IMG/VR virus record: IMGVR_UViG_3300029827_000001
Location: 1-64,000 of that record
Direction: 5' to 3' (one strand)
Origin: a virus
DNA: 64,000 bases
Positions 29,571-38,111 of this stretch are shown piece after piece. The notes under the pieces were generated by a model. The model ran no database searches. It was not told the DNA's origin and worked only from the letters and a program-made list of their open reading frames with translations. Made by a program: the position numbers and the translations under genes. Position 1 is the stretch's first letter. Each line of letters starts with the position of its first letter.

Positions 29571-29988
29571 TCCCTTTCCTCACCATATTTTCAACTACAG
29601 ATTTGATAAGTTGCTCATTTAGCATTGGAAAAGAATCAATAAAGTATCTTACAGTTCTAGCTTTACATAAGTCACATCTACTAACTAAATCACACCAAGC
29701 ATCATTTATAGCAAAAGAATTCATTTTGATACCTTTCATCCAGGTATCTAAATAAGGAGTAACATCTTCAAGAGGAGACCGATGATTATACCCTCTATGT
29801 TCCATCTCCTCGACAATTTCATCATGCCTCTTATTCAAATATTGAGGAACGAGAAAATTCTTCTCAATATAACCTCTTACTGATCTCCCTTTCTTAATAT
29901 TTCCGAGAAACTTATGATGCTCAAAATGTTCTCCACGTAAATGTTGTCCACATAATAATCTGGGTGGTAGAAACCATTGTCTCATCAA
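29548..29988 (-). CDS. denV: pyrimidine-dimer DNA glycosylase / endonuclease V family
   Basis: LCGQHLRGEHFEHH...RHDEIVEEMEHRGYNH. Confidence 0.75.
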   Translation of the reverse strand: MMRQWFLPPRLLCGQHLRGEHFEHHKFLGNIKKGRSVRGYIEKNFLVPQYLNKRHDEIVEEMEHRGYNHRSPLEDVTPYLDTWMKGIKMNSFAINDAWCDLVSRCDLCKARTVRYFIDSFPMLNEQLIKSVVENMVRKGNERKDKS

Positions 29989-29995
29989 CCCTCCT

Positions 29996-30259
29996 TTATA
30001 AGTAACGAATAATTAACATTATCAAAAAGTAAGCAAAGATACCAATAACAGGAGAAATGTCTCTTAGGTCTTGGACAAGGGACTTAATTGTTACTACTTT
30101 TCGGTAATACTTACTATACTCAACACAAGTCTCTATGCATATAGGACTAATTATACACTCACAACATGGACTTCTTCCATAAACAAATCTACGAAACCAC
30201 AAAGAGCTTCTCCTTCGCCCTTGTGACCCCAGTATATAACCATCTTCGAAAATAGTCAT
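29996..30259 (-). CDS. small Cys-cluster membrane protein (start uncertain)
   Basis: SPCCECIISPICIETC, C-terminal TM. Confidence 0.55.
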   Translation of the reverse strand: MTIFEDGYILGSQGRRRSSLWFRRFVYGRSPCCECIISPICIETCVEYSKYYRKVVTIKSLVQDLRDISPVIGIFAYFLIMLIIRYL

Positions 30260-31448
30260 CGTCCCAATACCGACTCCTTTCCTCAAATAAAATAACTTTC
30301 TTCCAATCACTCCCCTGAGCTCGGTGAACAGAAATAGCATATCCAAAGTCAAAAAAGTCAACACCATCAAAACCAGTACCTTTTAGACCTGCCTGAATTT
30401 TCTTAAAATCAATATCTCCAAGACTATCTTGATAGTTTTCCTTTCCAAAACAGCAATTATGAACTAAACCATTATAGTTGTCATTATAATCATCCATCTC
30501 AATCGTGGCACTATACATATTTTCAGAAAAAGGCAACAACCACATCAAAGTACCAAGTTGCCCATTCATTACTTTCGTATTATAGTTGTTCTTAAGACAA
30601 ATAAGTCTTTCACCTGGATATGGATCAGCAGAATCGAAACCAATTTTCTTTCTAACCATATTATTTATTAAAACTCTAGACTTATTCATCCCACATAATG
30701 CAATAACTTCATCATTAAAATCAGTTGCCTCAAAAATTTCTCGACATTTCTTCTCATGCCATGAAAGTTTAAAAACACCTGGACTGTGCACTCCATATGG
30801 AATAGCTCCATTATTTCTAACAATCATTGACAAGTTGATAATTGGATTATCCAATGCTTGTCTATGAATCTCCTTTAAAACATAGTTAGGTTTCTTCATA
30901 AGATAAAAATCTTCTCCAACAGGAGGCAATTGACCATGATCGCCAAAAGCTATTATAGGAACTCCATAACTTCCCAGATCACTCCAAATTTCTTTATTAA
31001 TCATTGATGATTCATCAATTATGATCAAATCTCCTGGGATCTCTAGCTTTCTCTTCCAACCATATACAACTTTCTTTCCTGCTTTATCAATTCGATATAT
31101 TGGTTGATACATCAATGAATGTATAGTTCCAATAAAATCAGTATCATATAACGCATCAGCCTCTCGTAACCTTGTAGCAAGTACTGATGTTGCTTTTCCA
31201 GTAAATGCACAAAAAGAAATATCATAACCTCTTCCAATTTTATTATAAATCTCATGTCTTAAGTGTGGGATAAGGTGAGTTTTACCAGTACCAGCGTATC
31301 CTCCAACTAACTTATAATCCTCAGGAATAGCTATTCCCTCAAAATCAGAACCACACACTGCTTGGATATATCTTGGTTTTATCGAATACTTTACCCAACC
31401 AATTAACTCATCTAAAATAAAAGATTGCTCAGAATTTAGATTATTCAC
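30189..31448 (-). CDS. Dda/RecD2-like SF1B helicase
   Basis: GYAGTGKT, TIHSL, IDESSM, GDHGQLPPV, IHRQA, YAISVHRAQGS, LYTGVTRA. Confidence 0.9.
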   Translation of the reverse strand: MNNLNSEQSFILDELIGWVKYSIKPRYIQAVCGSDFEGIAIPEDYKLVGGYAGTGKTHLIPHLRHEIYNKIGRGYDISFCAFTGKATSVLATRLREADALYDTDFIGTIHSLMYQPIYRIDKAGKKVVYGWKRKLEIPGDLIIIDESSMINKEIWSDLGSYGVPIIAFGDHGQLPPVGEDFYLMKKPNYVLKEIHRQALDNPIINLSMIVRNNGAIPYGVHSPGVFKLSWHEKKCREIFEATDFNDEVIALCGMNKSRVLINNMVRKKIGFDSADPYPGERLICLKNNYNTKVMNGQLGTLMWLLPFSENMYSATIEMDDYNDNYNGLVHNCCFGKENYQDSLGDIDFKKIQAGLKGTGFDGVDFFDFGYAISVHRAQGSDWKKVILFEERSRYWDDDYFRRWLYTGVTRAKEKLFVVS

Positions 31449-31701
31449 GATACTCCTCTAGTAATTTAGTTATTTTTACTAACGCATAGCCAAAAAACTT
31501 CTTGGGATCCTTAATCTCCTTTTTCTCAAACTGACTAACAAGTATAGTTTTTAAATCTCCAAAAAATGGATTAAAATCAATTGAAATGCCCGATGAGGTT
31601 TTCTCTTTTGCCATCGGGCATTTCTTACCTGGAATAATTGGATGAAGAAATCCACATTCTGGACATACTTGACCAACAGTAGGAATATCTTTACCAGCCA
31701 T
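31441..31701 (-). CDS. hypothetical Zn-binding protein
   Basis: CPECGFLHP...CP. Confidence 0.6.
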   Translation of the reverse strand: MAGKDIPTVGQVCPECGFLHPIIPGKKCPMAKEKTSSGISIDFNPFFGDLKTILVSQFEKKEIKDPKKFFGYALVKITKLLEEYRE

Positions 31702-31714
31702 TCTCACACCTTTC

Positions 31715-31864
31715 TTAAAAGAACCATTTAATGTACTGACAAATACCAATCGCCCAAGGCACTACTCCAAAAACTATAAAAACAAAAAGTCCACCAAAAA
31801 CTACTACTTTCGAAATAATATCTGACCTTTCTTTTTCCCAGTATCTCACAACTCGTTCAACCAT
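31715..31864 (-). CDS. 49-aa membrane protein (not in ORF track)
   Basis: MVERVVRYWEKERSDIISKVVVFGGLFVFIVFGVVPWAIGICQYIKWFF, AGGAG RBS. Confidence 0.6.
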   Translation of the reverse strand: MVERVVRYWEKERSDIISKVVVFGGLFVFIVFGVVPWAIGICQYIKWFF

Positions 31865-31881
31865 GAGTAACTCCTATTCTT

Positions 31882-31893
31882 TATTTTTTTGTT
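31882..31893 (-). promoter_or_regulatory. putative late-type promoter AACA-N6-TA
   Basis: AACA-AAAAAA-TA just upstream of RBS. Confidence 0.5.
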
Positions 31894-31894
31894 C

Positions 31895-31922
31895 CCTCCC
31901 GGGATATAAGTATCCCGGGAGG
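31895..31922. repeat. perfect 12-bp GC-rich inverted repeat
   Basis: CCTCCCGGGATA-TAAG-TATCCCGGGAGG. Confidence 0.8.
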
Positions 31923-31930
31923 TTCTATAA

Positions 31931-32143
31931 TTATAACCAAATCGAGTTTTCTTCCTTCTTTTGTTCGAAAACCACTCTCGCCGATTTTATATCTGCTCCT
32001 GAGATAAATATTGGATTAGAGCAGAAATTGCAAAAGTATACTCCAATAAGGGCAGTTTTGGACATCTTATTAGTACAGTTGTTACACTCAAACTCAACAT
32101 ACTCCTCACCACTCTTATAGACAATAGTAACATTTTTACTCAT
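31931..32143 (-). CDS. small Zn-ribbon protein
   Basis: CNNC...CNFC. Confidence 0.6.
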   Translation of the reverse strand: MSKNVTIVYKSGEEYVEFECNNCTNKMSKTALIGVYFCNFCSNPIFISGADIKSARVVFEQKKEENSIWL

Positions 32144-32151
32144 AACTCCTC

Positions 32152-32376
32152 CTATCTTTGACCTTTTCTATTAATAACTTTTAAAACTTTCTCAAGAAGA
32201 ACCTTCCATCCATCGTCATAACGATGTTTGATTACATAATCTTTAAAACCCTTGGGATAAACTATTTTATAACTATATATTTTCCTCCTTTCGCTTCGCT
32301 CCTCTAATCTTTGAATATGAATCTGACCAATATTTTCATAATCCACAAACGCATGAATTACTAGCAAATCAACCAC
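32152..32376 (-). CDS. hypothetical protein
   Basis: ORF with RBS. Confidence 0.6.
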   Translation of the reverse strand: MVDLLVIHAFVDYENIGQIHIQRLEERSERRKIYSYKIVYPKGFKDYVIKHRYDDGWKVLLEKVLKVINRKGQR

Positions 32377-32881
32377 CCTCCTTCAAAACTTTAAATTCAA
32401 AAGGACCCAGATTGCCCTTATATACTTCATTGATCAAAAGATTTTCTTGAAGCATAAGATTACTAATAGCCTTCTTATCGTTGGTATACCCAATATGACC
32501 ACTTATATACTCAATAGTCACAATCCTCTCACTATCAGTCACAGGAAAAGTCTTTACTCCCTCTCCACCAATCATACTCGGGATACCGTCGGCAAACTTT
32601 AAACCAGTTTCCTTAGCAATCCGATCTGCAAAAACCTTGTCCCAAATTGGAATAGATATAACTCCCCAATATATCTCTTCCCACTTAAGAACCACAAGTT
32701 GAAAAAGATCATTCTTGAGAGTATCAGGAGGATAATGGCGATACTCTAAGAGAGTACTGAAAAGAGCAAAACCAATCCTACCAGGATGAAGCATACCAAT
32801 TACAAAAAACTTGGTTTCATCTTTGGTCATCTCCTCCAGTTCTCCACTTGCTAGTGGTCTACTTATTTCAGGTTCAGTCAT
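32369..32881 (-). CDS. hypothetical protein
   Basis: ORF with GGAGG RBS. Confidence 0.65.
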   Translation of the reverse strand: MTEPEISRPLASGELEEMTKDETKFFVIGMLHPGRIGFALFSTLLEYRHYPPDTLKNDLFQLVVLKWEEIYWGVISIPIWDKVFADRIAKETGLKFADGIPSMIGGEGVKTFPVTDSERIVTIEYISGHIGYTNDKKAISNLMLQENLLINEVYKGNLGPFEFKVLKEGG

Positions 32882-32899
32882 ATAGCCTCCCGTAAAATT

Positions 32900-34111
32900 T
32901 CAACTTGAAAAGGATCTAAGCTTTTCTCTAAGACTTATCTTGCCATCCTGCTTAATTTGATCTAGTTCAAGTTCTATTTCTGCTAAACGAACATCTTTAG
33001 TAGCTAGATCACTCTCAAGTTGGAGTATCTTCGCATTTTTGTGATCGAGTTCTTCTTTCTTAAGATCAAGTTCTTTCTTAATCTCAGAAAATCCATTAAC
33101 AAATGGTTCCAGTTCCTGAACTTTTTTCTCAAGAGACTTAATAGTATTTTCCCGATCAACCATGTATGCAAACACTTTTTTACCAAGATCAGCGTCAGTA
33201 TAAATTGAGTCTAGTACATGAGTCTCTTGCGTATCTTCTTTGATCTCTTCTATAGGTTCTATGGATTCCTCTTTAGAAATACTATTTGTTGTCATCTTCT
33301 GCTTCTCCTTTATAGAACTCCAGATTTCCTCTAACTTGGGGTCTCTGAATTTAATACTTGTTCTGGGTTGTCCCTCAACTATTCGAGTTTCTCTTTTTTC
33401 ACCTTTAGCCACTTTTCGAAAGAAACTCGAAGTTAGTTCAGTAGGAAGATCTTTTGTGATAAGATAGTGAACCGGCTGTCTAGCTCCTGCTAATTTTACT
33501 CTTTCTAACCCACAATCTGACTGAAATATAGCATTCAGATAATTAGTTACTGTTGATGGTTTTATTTCTAGATTTCTAGCAGATGCGATTACTTCCAAGT
33601 CTTTCCTATTAAATATACTTCTAACTTCCATTTCCAGAAGCATATTATATATAGTTTTATATACGGAATCGGATCGTGCTTTCCACCCAAGAGGTCTTTT
33701 TGATAAAGTTTCACAGACTTCCCTTTTCTTTTCCTCATTATAAATCAGTTTATCTATAGGAAAGTAATTGACCTTTTTGGTTGTAATAACTCCTCTTTCT
33801 TTACGAAGAGCACAGGCTCTATTAAAAATTTGAGAGAAAGAAAGATCTATAGGTATATTTCCAGTTACCCTATAGAAAACTTCAGTAGAACCACTAGGTT
33901 TTAATTTATCTATACCATATCCTGCCTGTATGATATAGTCCAAATAGTTAAAGAGAGTTGATTTTCTAATATTAAAACCTAGATCTACTAGTCTCTGTTG
34001 GAATGTTATTAGCTTAAACGAACACGCATCCATCGACGCCAGATGTACAATGACTGCATCAAATATACTTTTTTTCATATTTAATTTAGACATCTTAAAT
34101 TCTCCTTCCAT
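32900..34111 (-). CDS. putative DNA-binding protein with two winged-helix-like repeats and a coiled coil
   Basis: IRKSTLFNYLDYI and IKPSTVTNYLNAI repeats. Confidence 0.55.
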   Translation of the reverse strand: MEGEFKMSKLNMKKSIFDAVIVHLASMDACSFKLITFQQRLVDLGFNIRKSTLFNYLDYIIQAGYGIDKLKPSGSTEVFYRVTGNIPIDLSFSQIFNRACALRKERGVITTKKVNYFPIDKLIYNEEKKREVCETLSKRPLGWKARSDSVYKTIYNMLLEMEVRSIFNRKDLEVIASARNLEIKPSTVTNYLNAIFQSDCGLERVKLAGARQPVHYLITKDLPTELTSSFFRKVAKGEKRETRIVEGQPRTSIKFRDPKLEEIWSSIKEKQKMTTNSISKEESIEPIEEIKEDTQETHVLDSIYTDADLGKKVFAYMVDRENTIKSLEKKVQELEPFVNGFSEIKKELDLKKEELDHKNAKILQLESDLATKDVRLAEIELELDQIKQDGKISLREKLRSFSS

Positions 34112-34114
34112 CTT

Positions 34115-35407
34115 TTATTTATATACAAACAAGATAGATAACATTGGAGTCGTATCCTGGTATGTAAAAACTTGTACATCAATTACACAACCATAATTTG
34201 AAATAATAGGAATACGCTTATAACAGAATTTTAACTGGGTATGCTCTTGAGAACCCATTGGAATTTTATTTCCAAACAACTTACCTCCATGAAATCCTTC
34301 AAGTTCAGAGTTTAAACCTGAGTCTTGAAATATAGTTTGAAGTACTTTAAATCTTTCTGATGGGCCTCCATCATTTCGAGTAGATACTGTAAAAGTTAGA
34401 AATTTAATGGAGTCAGGCAGAAAGTAAAGTTGAGTTAATATGCATCTTGTTATTATGTTTACCTCCCCTTTTATGGATCCCATTAAATCAAGATCTATAT
34501 ATTGGCAATCTGGAATGATAATATCAGCCAAATCGGCTTTAATAAGGTTTACATTTCCATTAATATAATTTGGACATATTAACGCTTCACTGTAAATTTT
34601 CCGGAATACCCCTTTCTCTCTTTCCACAACATATACCTTATCTGCAACTGTAGAAAATAAGTTTTCAATGTGTCGATTGTAGTCAGGACCAGTTACTGAC
34701 AAACAGCTTATTTTCTGTCCATGTATATATTGCTTAACTGTTGTAAGGAAATGATTCTCTACAAAATCTTTATTTAGTCCTAATTTTGTAAATCTATTGA
34801 TAATTTTTATAGACTTCATCCCAACATTACTGGAAACTGATTTCTTTTTCCTTTTTGACTTTGTACTCTTCTTACCAGTATACCATTTAATGTGATCCTG
34901 AACGAAAAGATCCCATTCTTCTTCCGTTATATCTTTATTGGCGAGAACAAGTCTTTTTGGAAACCGACCTTTACCTGATGCTCTCATCAGATTATTAATA
35001 CCATTGTGTTTAACAATACCCTTCTTGATAGCATAACCGAAAAAGCGATAGAGATAACCTCGGTTCACTTGTTTTTGGACTGGAGTGACCTTCTGGTATG
35101 CCTGCTCAATTTCCAAGAGAACCAGCCCCTGTTTAGACGAGTTTAGAATTGCTGGTAATTTGCTCAAATCCTTCTGCCTTGTTCGCATATGTTCATATTT
35201 ATACCCCTTTTTAGGTCCCTTCTTTTGTAATTCAATCTTCTTCAAAATTTTATATTTACCTCGTCCTATCCTTTCGACATTCCCATTCTCATGAAGTGAG
35301 TAAAAGTAGTTACCAACCATAGCTGGTTTTGAAAAATCCTGAAGTGCTACAGTTTTTCCAACTCTCTCATTCAAAAAATCTCTAACTTCTTGCCTTGTAT
35401 TAATCAT
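34115..35407 (-). CDS. basic N-terminal domain fused to a SAM-methyltransferase-like domain
   Basis: LSVTGPD, VYVVERE, KADL, YIDLDLMG. Confidence 0.45.
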   Translation of the reverse strand: MINTRQEVRDFLNERVGKTVALQDFSKPAMVGNYFYSLHENGNVERIGRGKYKILKKIELQKKGPKKGYKYEHMRTRQKDLSKLPAILNSSKQGLVLLEIEQAYQKVTPVQKQVNRGYLYRFFGYAIKKGIVKHNGINNLMRASGKGRFPKRLVLANKDITEEEWDLFVQDHIKWYTGKKSTKSKRKKKSVSSNVGMKSIKIINRFTKLGLNKDFVENHFLTTVKQYIHGQKISCLSVTGPDYNRHIENLFSTVADKVYVVEREKGVFRKIYSEALICPNYINGNVNLIKADLADIIIPDCQYIDLDLMGSIKGEVNIITRCILTQLYFLPDSIKFLTFTVSTRNDGGPSERFKVLQTIFQDSGLNSELEGFHGGKLFGNKIPMGSQEHTQLKFCYKRIPIISNYGCVIDVQVFTYQDTTPMLSILFVYK

Positions 35408-35430
35408 ATGATACCCCCATATATCTTATC

Positions 35431-35790
35431 TTATATTCTCTCTATTCCAAATGGACTAGCATTAAATCTATGCCTACATTTAGCACACATAATATTAGTA
35501 GACGCACCACCACTAGGTCCTTCAAGAAATTTCTTCCCTCCACAATCTGGACAACAGTTATATTTTCTGGCTATCTCAGTCAACTTATTATCATCTTTCT
35601 CAACCTTATCACATAACTCGGTACAGTTTGCTGCAACTATACATCCCTCACATGGATATATCTCTTTCTCAATTTCAATAACCACATTCGTTGGTTTAAC
35701 CATTTCACAAGTAACATCTGATGAGTGTTCATACCCTTCATCTTTCACCAATCCAAAAAATCTCATAATACTTTGAATAATACTCACCAT
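35431..35790 (-). CDS. Cys-cluster + Zn-ribbon protein
   Basis: PCEGCIVAANCTELC, CPDC...CAKC. Confidence 0.65.
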   Translation of the reverse strand: MVSIIQSIMRFFGLVKDEGYEHSSDVTCEMVKPTNVVIEIEKEIYPCEGCIVAANCTELCDKVEKDDNKLTEIARKYNCCPDCGGKKFLEGPSGGASTNIMCAKCRHRFNASPFGIERI

Positions 35791-36080
35791 ACACTCCCCA
35801 CCCCATAGTTAAAAGTACAGGTATTGCATCTATATACACTACATAATGTTGGAGGAATAGAACCATCAAACCAACGAGTCTCTCCAGTCCCTATAATCTT
35901 TCCTCCACAGTATGCACATAGGTTAGGATACTTATCCTGCATATAATGAATAACCGCCATATTTAACTTTATACAATCTTCATTTTTCATAGTACAAGCG
36001 GTTAATAATAAACATCCTCGGCAAGGCGGTCTATACCTTGCTAACTCTAGTTTGTTTCTCAATCTTTTAAACCATCCCAA
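35784..36080 (-). CDS. Cys-cluster + Zn-ribbon protein
   Basis: PCRGCLLLTAC, CAYC...CNTC. Confidence 0.6.
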   Translation of the reverse strand: MGWFKRLRNKLELARYRPPCRGCLLLTACTMKNEDCIKLNMAVIHYMQDKYPNLCAYCGGKIIGTGETRWFDGSIPPTLCSVYRCNTCTFNYGVGSVW

Positions 36081-36092
36081 AGTTATCTCCTC

Positions 36093-36686
36093 TTAGTAGT
36101 GAATCTTTTCATCTCCTCTTCGATAAATCCTCTGAGTTATTTGAAGATCAAAATTAAAGTAATGACCACAGTTTCTACACTCATAGGCGTCTGGTCCAAC
36201 ACTACCTATCAATCTACGTCTGGCGTCAACTACTAAAAATCTTATATGGTCAAAACGGTTGTGACCACAATCAACACAACATCTCTCAGATATAAACCTT
36301 TCTGTATCAAAATGTCTTTTTTCTTTAACTTCCTCACAAAACTCAGTACAACTTGATATTAGCAAGCATTCTCGACACGGATAAATGGATTCTATTTTCC
36401 TTTTCTTAAACATAAAAAAGATATCAATGATACTTCTATTTAAAAAAGACAATACTAACTCTATTGAATAAAATGCCGCTAGAAATACTAATGCGCTAGT
36501 TTTCTTAATGACCATTGATATTATTATCTGACTTGCAATACTTCCAAACAAACCGAATCTAAAAGCATTAACTCGGTGTCTTCTCCTCTTATTTCTAGCA
36601 ATTATAAGAGGTTCAATAACATCATCAACTAATATATTACTACGTAAAGTCTTTTTCTTAAGCTTAGTTTCCATCCACACCTCCAA
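36093..36686 (-). CDS. membrane-anchored Cys-cluster + Zn-ribbon protein
   Basis: Two TM segments, PCRECLLISSCTEFC, CVDC...CRNC. Confidence 0.65.
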   Translation of the reverse strand: MEVWMETKLKKKTLRSNILVDDVIEPLIIARNKRRRHRVNAFRFGLFGSIASQIIISMVIKKTSALVFLAAFYSIELVLSFLNRSIIDIFFMFKKRKIESIYPCRECLLISSCTEFCEEVKEKRHFDTERFISERCCVDCGHNRFDHIRFLVVDARRRLIGSVGPDAYECRNCGHYFNFDLQITQRIYRRGDEKIHY

Positions 36687-36717
36687 TCAAATAAAATAAA
36701 CAAGCACAGCATTCATA

Positions 36718-36732
36718 AATTAATATATATAG
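36718..36732 (-). promoter_or_regulatory. putative early phage promoter CTATATATATTAATT
   Basis: Copy of repeated motif at the strand switch. Confidence 0.7.
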
Positions 36733-36794
36733 TTTATTGAAAGATGAAAAATTATAAATTTAAACTCGAGCGAGATACTTTTTTGGAATATGGT

Positions 36795-36806
36795 AACAAA
36801 TAAATG
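36795..36806 (+). promoter_or_regulatory. putative late-type promoter AACA-N6-TG
   Basis: AACA-AATAAA-TG ~30 nt upstream of ATG 36837. Confidence 0.45.
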
Positions 36807-36836
36807 ATAGAATTTGATTTTTAAAAAGGAGTCAGT

Positions 36837-37802
36837 ATGAAAGTGAAAATTGAAAGATCAATAAGGCAAGCTCTATCTCCTCATAGATTTGGTTCATGGG
36901 GAGACAACTTTAAATGCTCATCGGCAAATGGATCAAAACCTTCATTTAACATTGATGGTATGCTAATGGTCAATATCATTCATGACCTAATGATTAGTGG
37001 ATACTGGAAATATGAAAATGAAGGTGATATACCAAAAAGTTGGAAAAAAGAAATTGTCTGGAAAAATCGAGAACCAATATATCATAAGAATACTTGTAAT
37101 GATGCTTATGATAGTTTTCTTAAGAACTCAAATGATAAGAGAACTAAAGAATATTCTTACTCTGAGTTGTCAACAAAAATGTACCCATTCCTAAGAGATA
37201 GAATCAGTAGTGCATCATCTTTTAAGAAGACAATTATTAATCTTAGCAACCTAAGGTTTAACTTAAATCTAAGGATAAGATCTGTATATCACTCCAAGAA
37301 AACTCTATATAATAATAAGACTTTTAAAAACTTTACTATTGAGTTTCCTGAAATTGAAACATTCTATCTAAATACAAAAAATAATCCTCCATCTAGTTTA
37401 ATGGACTTTGTGATAGTTGATGAAACAGATTTTAGTCGAGGGGGAATATCTGATCTAAAGTTCTATATAAAACTCCATAATCCATTGATGGCAGTTATGC
37501 GTCAAGGAGCAATGTATATAAACTTTGACTGGATACCAGAAGAAATCTATACTACTAAAATGAATAGTTATAGTAAATTTCTATATATACTGATGCTGGC
37601 GGGAAAAATTAATAAAGAGTATGAGTATACGATATATGAAATAGTTGATAGATTACAATTAAATCCTAATCAAAGCATTAATCAACTTTGTGGTTTAGTT
37701 GAAGGATATCTAGGAAGTCTGGAAAAAAATCAGTTCATAACAGTAAATAAGATAAACGGAAAATTTAAAAATAGAAGGTATTTTATTACTAATAGGAAGT
37801 AA
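36837..37802 (+). CDS. putative replication initiator (Rep_3/winged-helix-like)
   Basis: C-terminal MNSYSKFLYILML...YTIYEIVDRLQL...LGSLEKNQFI resembles the WH2 domain of plasmid Rep proteins. Confidence 0.5.
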   Translation: MKVKIERSIRQALSPHRFGSWGDNFKCSSANGSKPSFNIDGMLMVNIIHDLMISGYWKYENEGDIPKSWKKEIVWKNREPIYHKNTCNDAYDSFLKNSNDKRTKEYSYSELSTKMYPFLRDRISSASSFKKTIINLSNLRFNLNLRIRSVYHSKKTLYNNKTFKNFTIEFPEIETFYLNTKNNPPSSLMDFVIVDETDFSRGGISDLKFYIKLHNPLMAVMRQGAMYINFDWIPEEIYTTKMNSYSKFLYILMLAGKINKEYEYTIYEIVDRLQLNPNQSINQLCGLVEGYLGSLEKNQFITVNKINGKFKNRRYFITNRK

Positions 37803-38111
37803 GAACATTAGTAAGGCAGTAAGTATACTATTTTACTCTGTGAGTGGAATTTAAGGAAAAAAACTACGTTATTTGAGAAAAAATGTATTAAACTAAAATT
37901 GAAATTTAATAACAATTTCATACAATTATAGATCTCAGTTCCCTATATGATTTATGATAATGATTATGAACACTTTGGTATAGATAGCTAGGTTGAGAAC
38001 CTGCTATACCAAAGTGCTTTTGGGCATGCGCCCAGGTTATTAAAGAACAAATTCTTATAGGAAAAATTCAACCTTAATAAATTTATTAAGGTTCAGAAAG
38101 GAGATCAACGA
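37803..38111. other. AT-rich intergenic region with inverted repeats (candidate origin/regulatory region)
   Basis: 13-bp IR 37971-38016, hairpin 38021-38034, perfect 24-bp palindrome 38070-38093, ATGAT repeats. Confidence 0.45.
38046..38057 (+). promoter_or_regulatory. putative late-type promoter AACA-N6-TA
   Basis: AACA-AATTCT-TA upstream of 38112. Confidence 0.5.
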
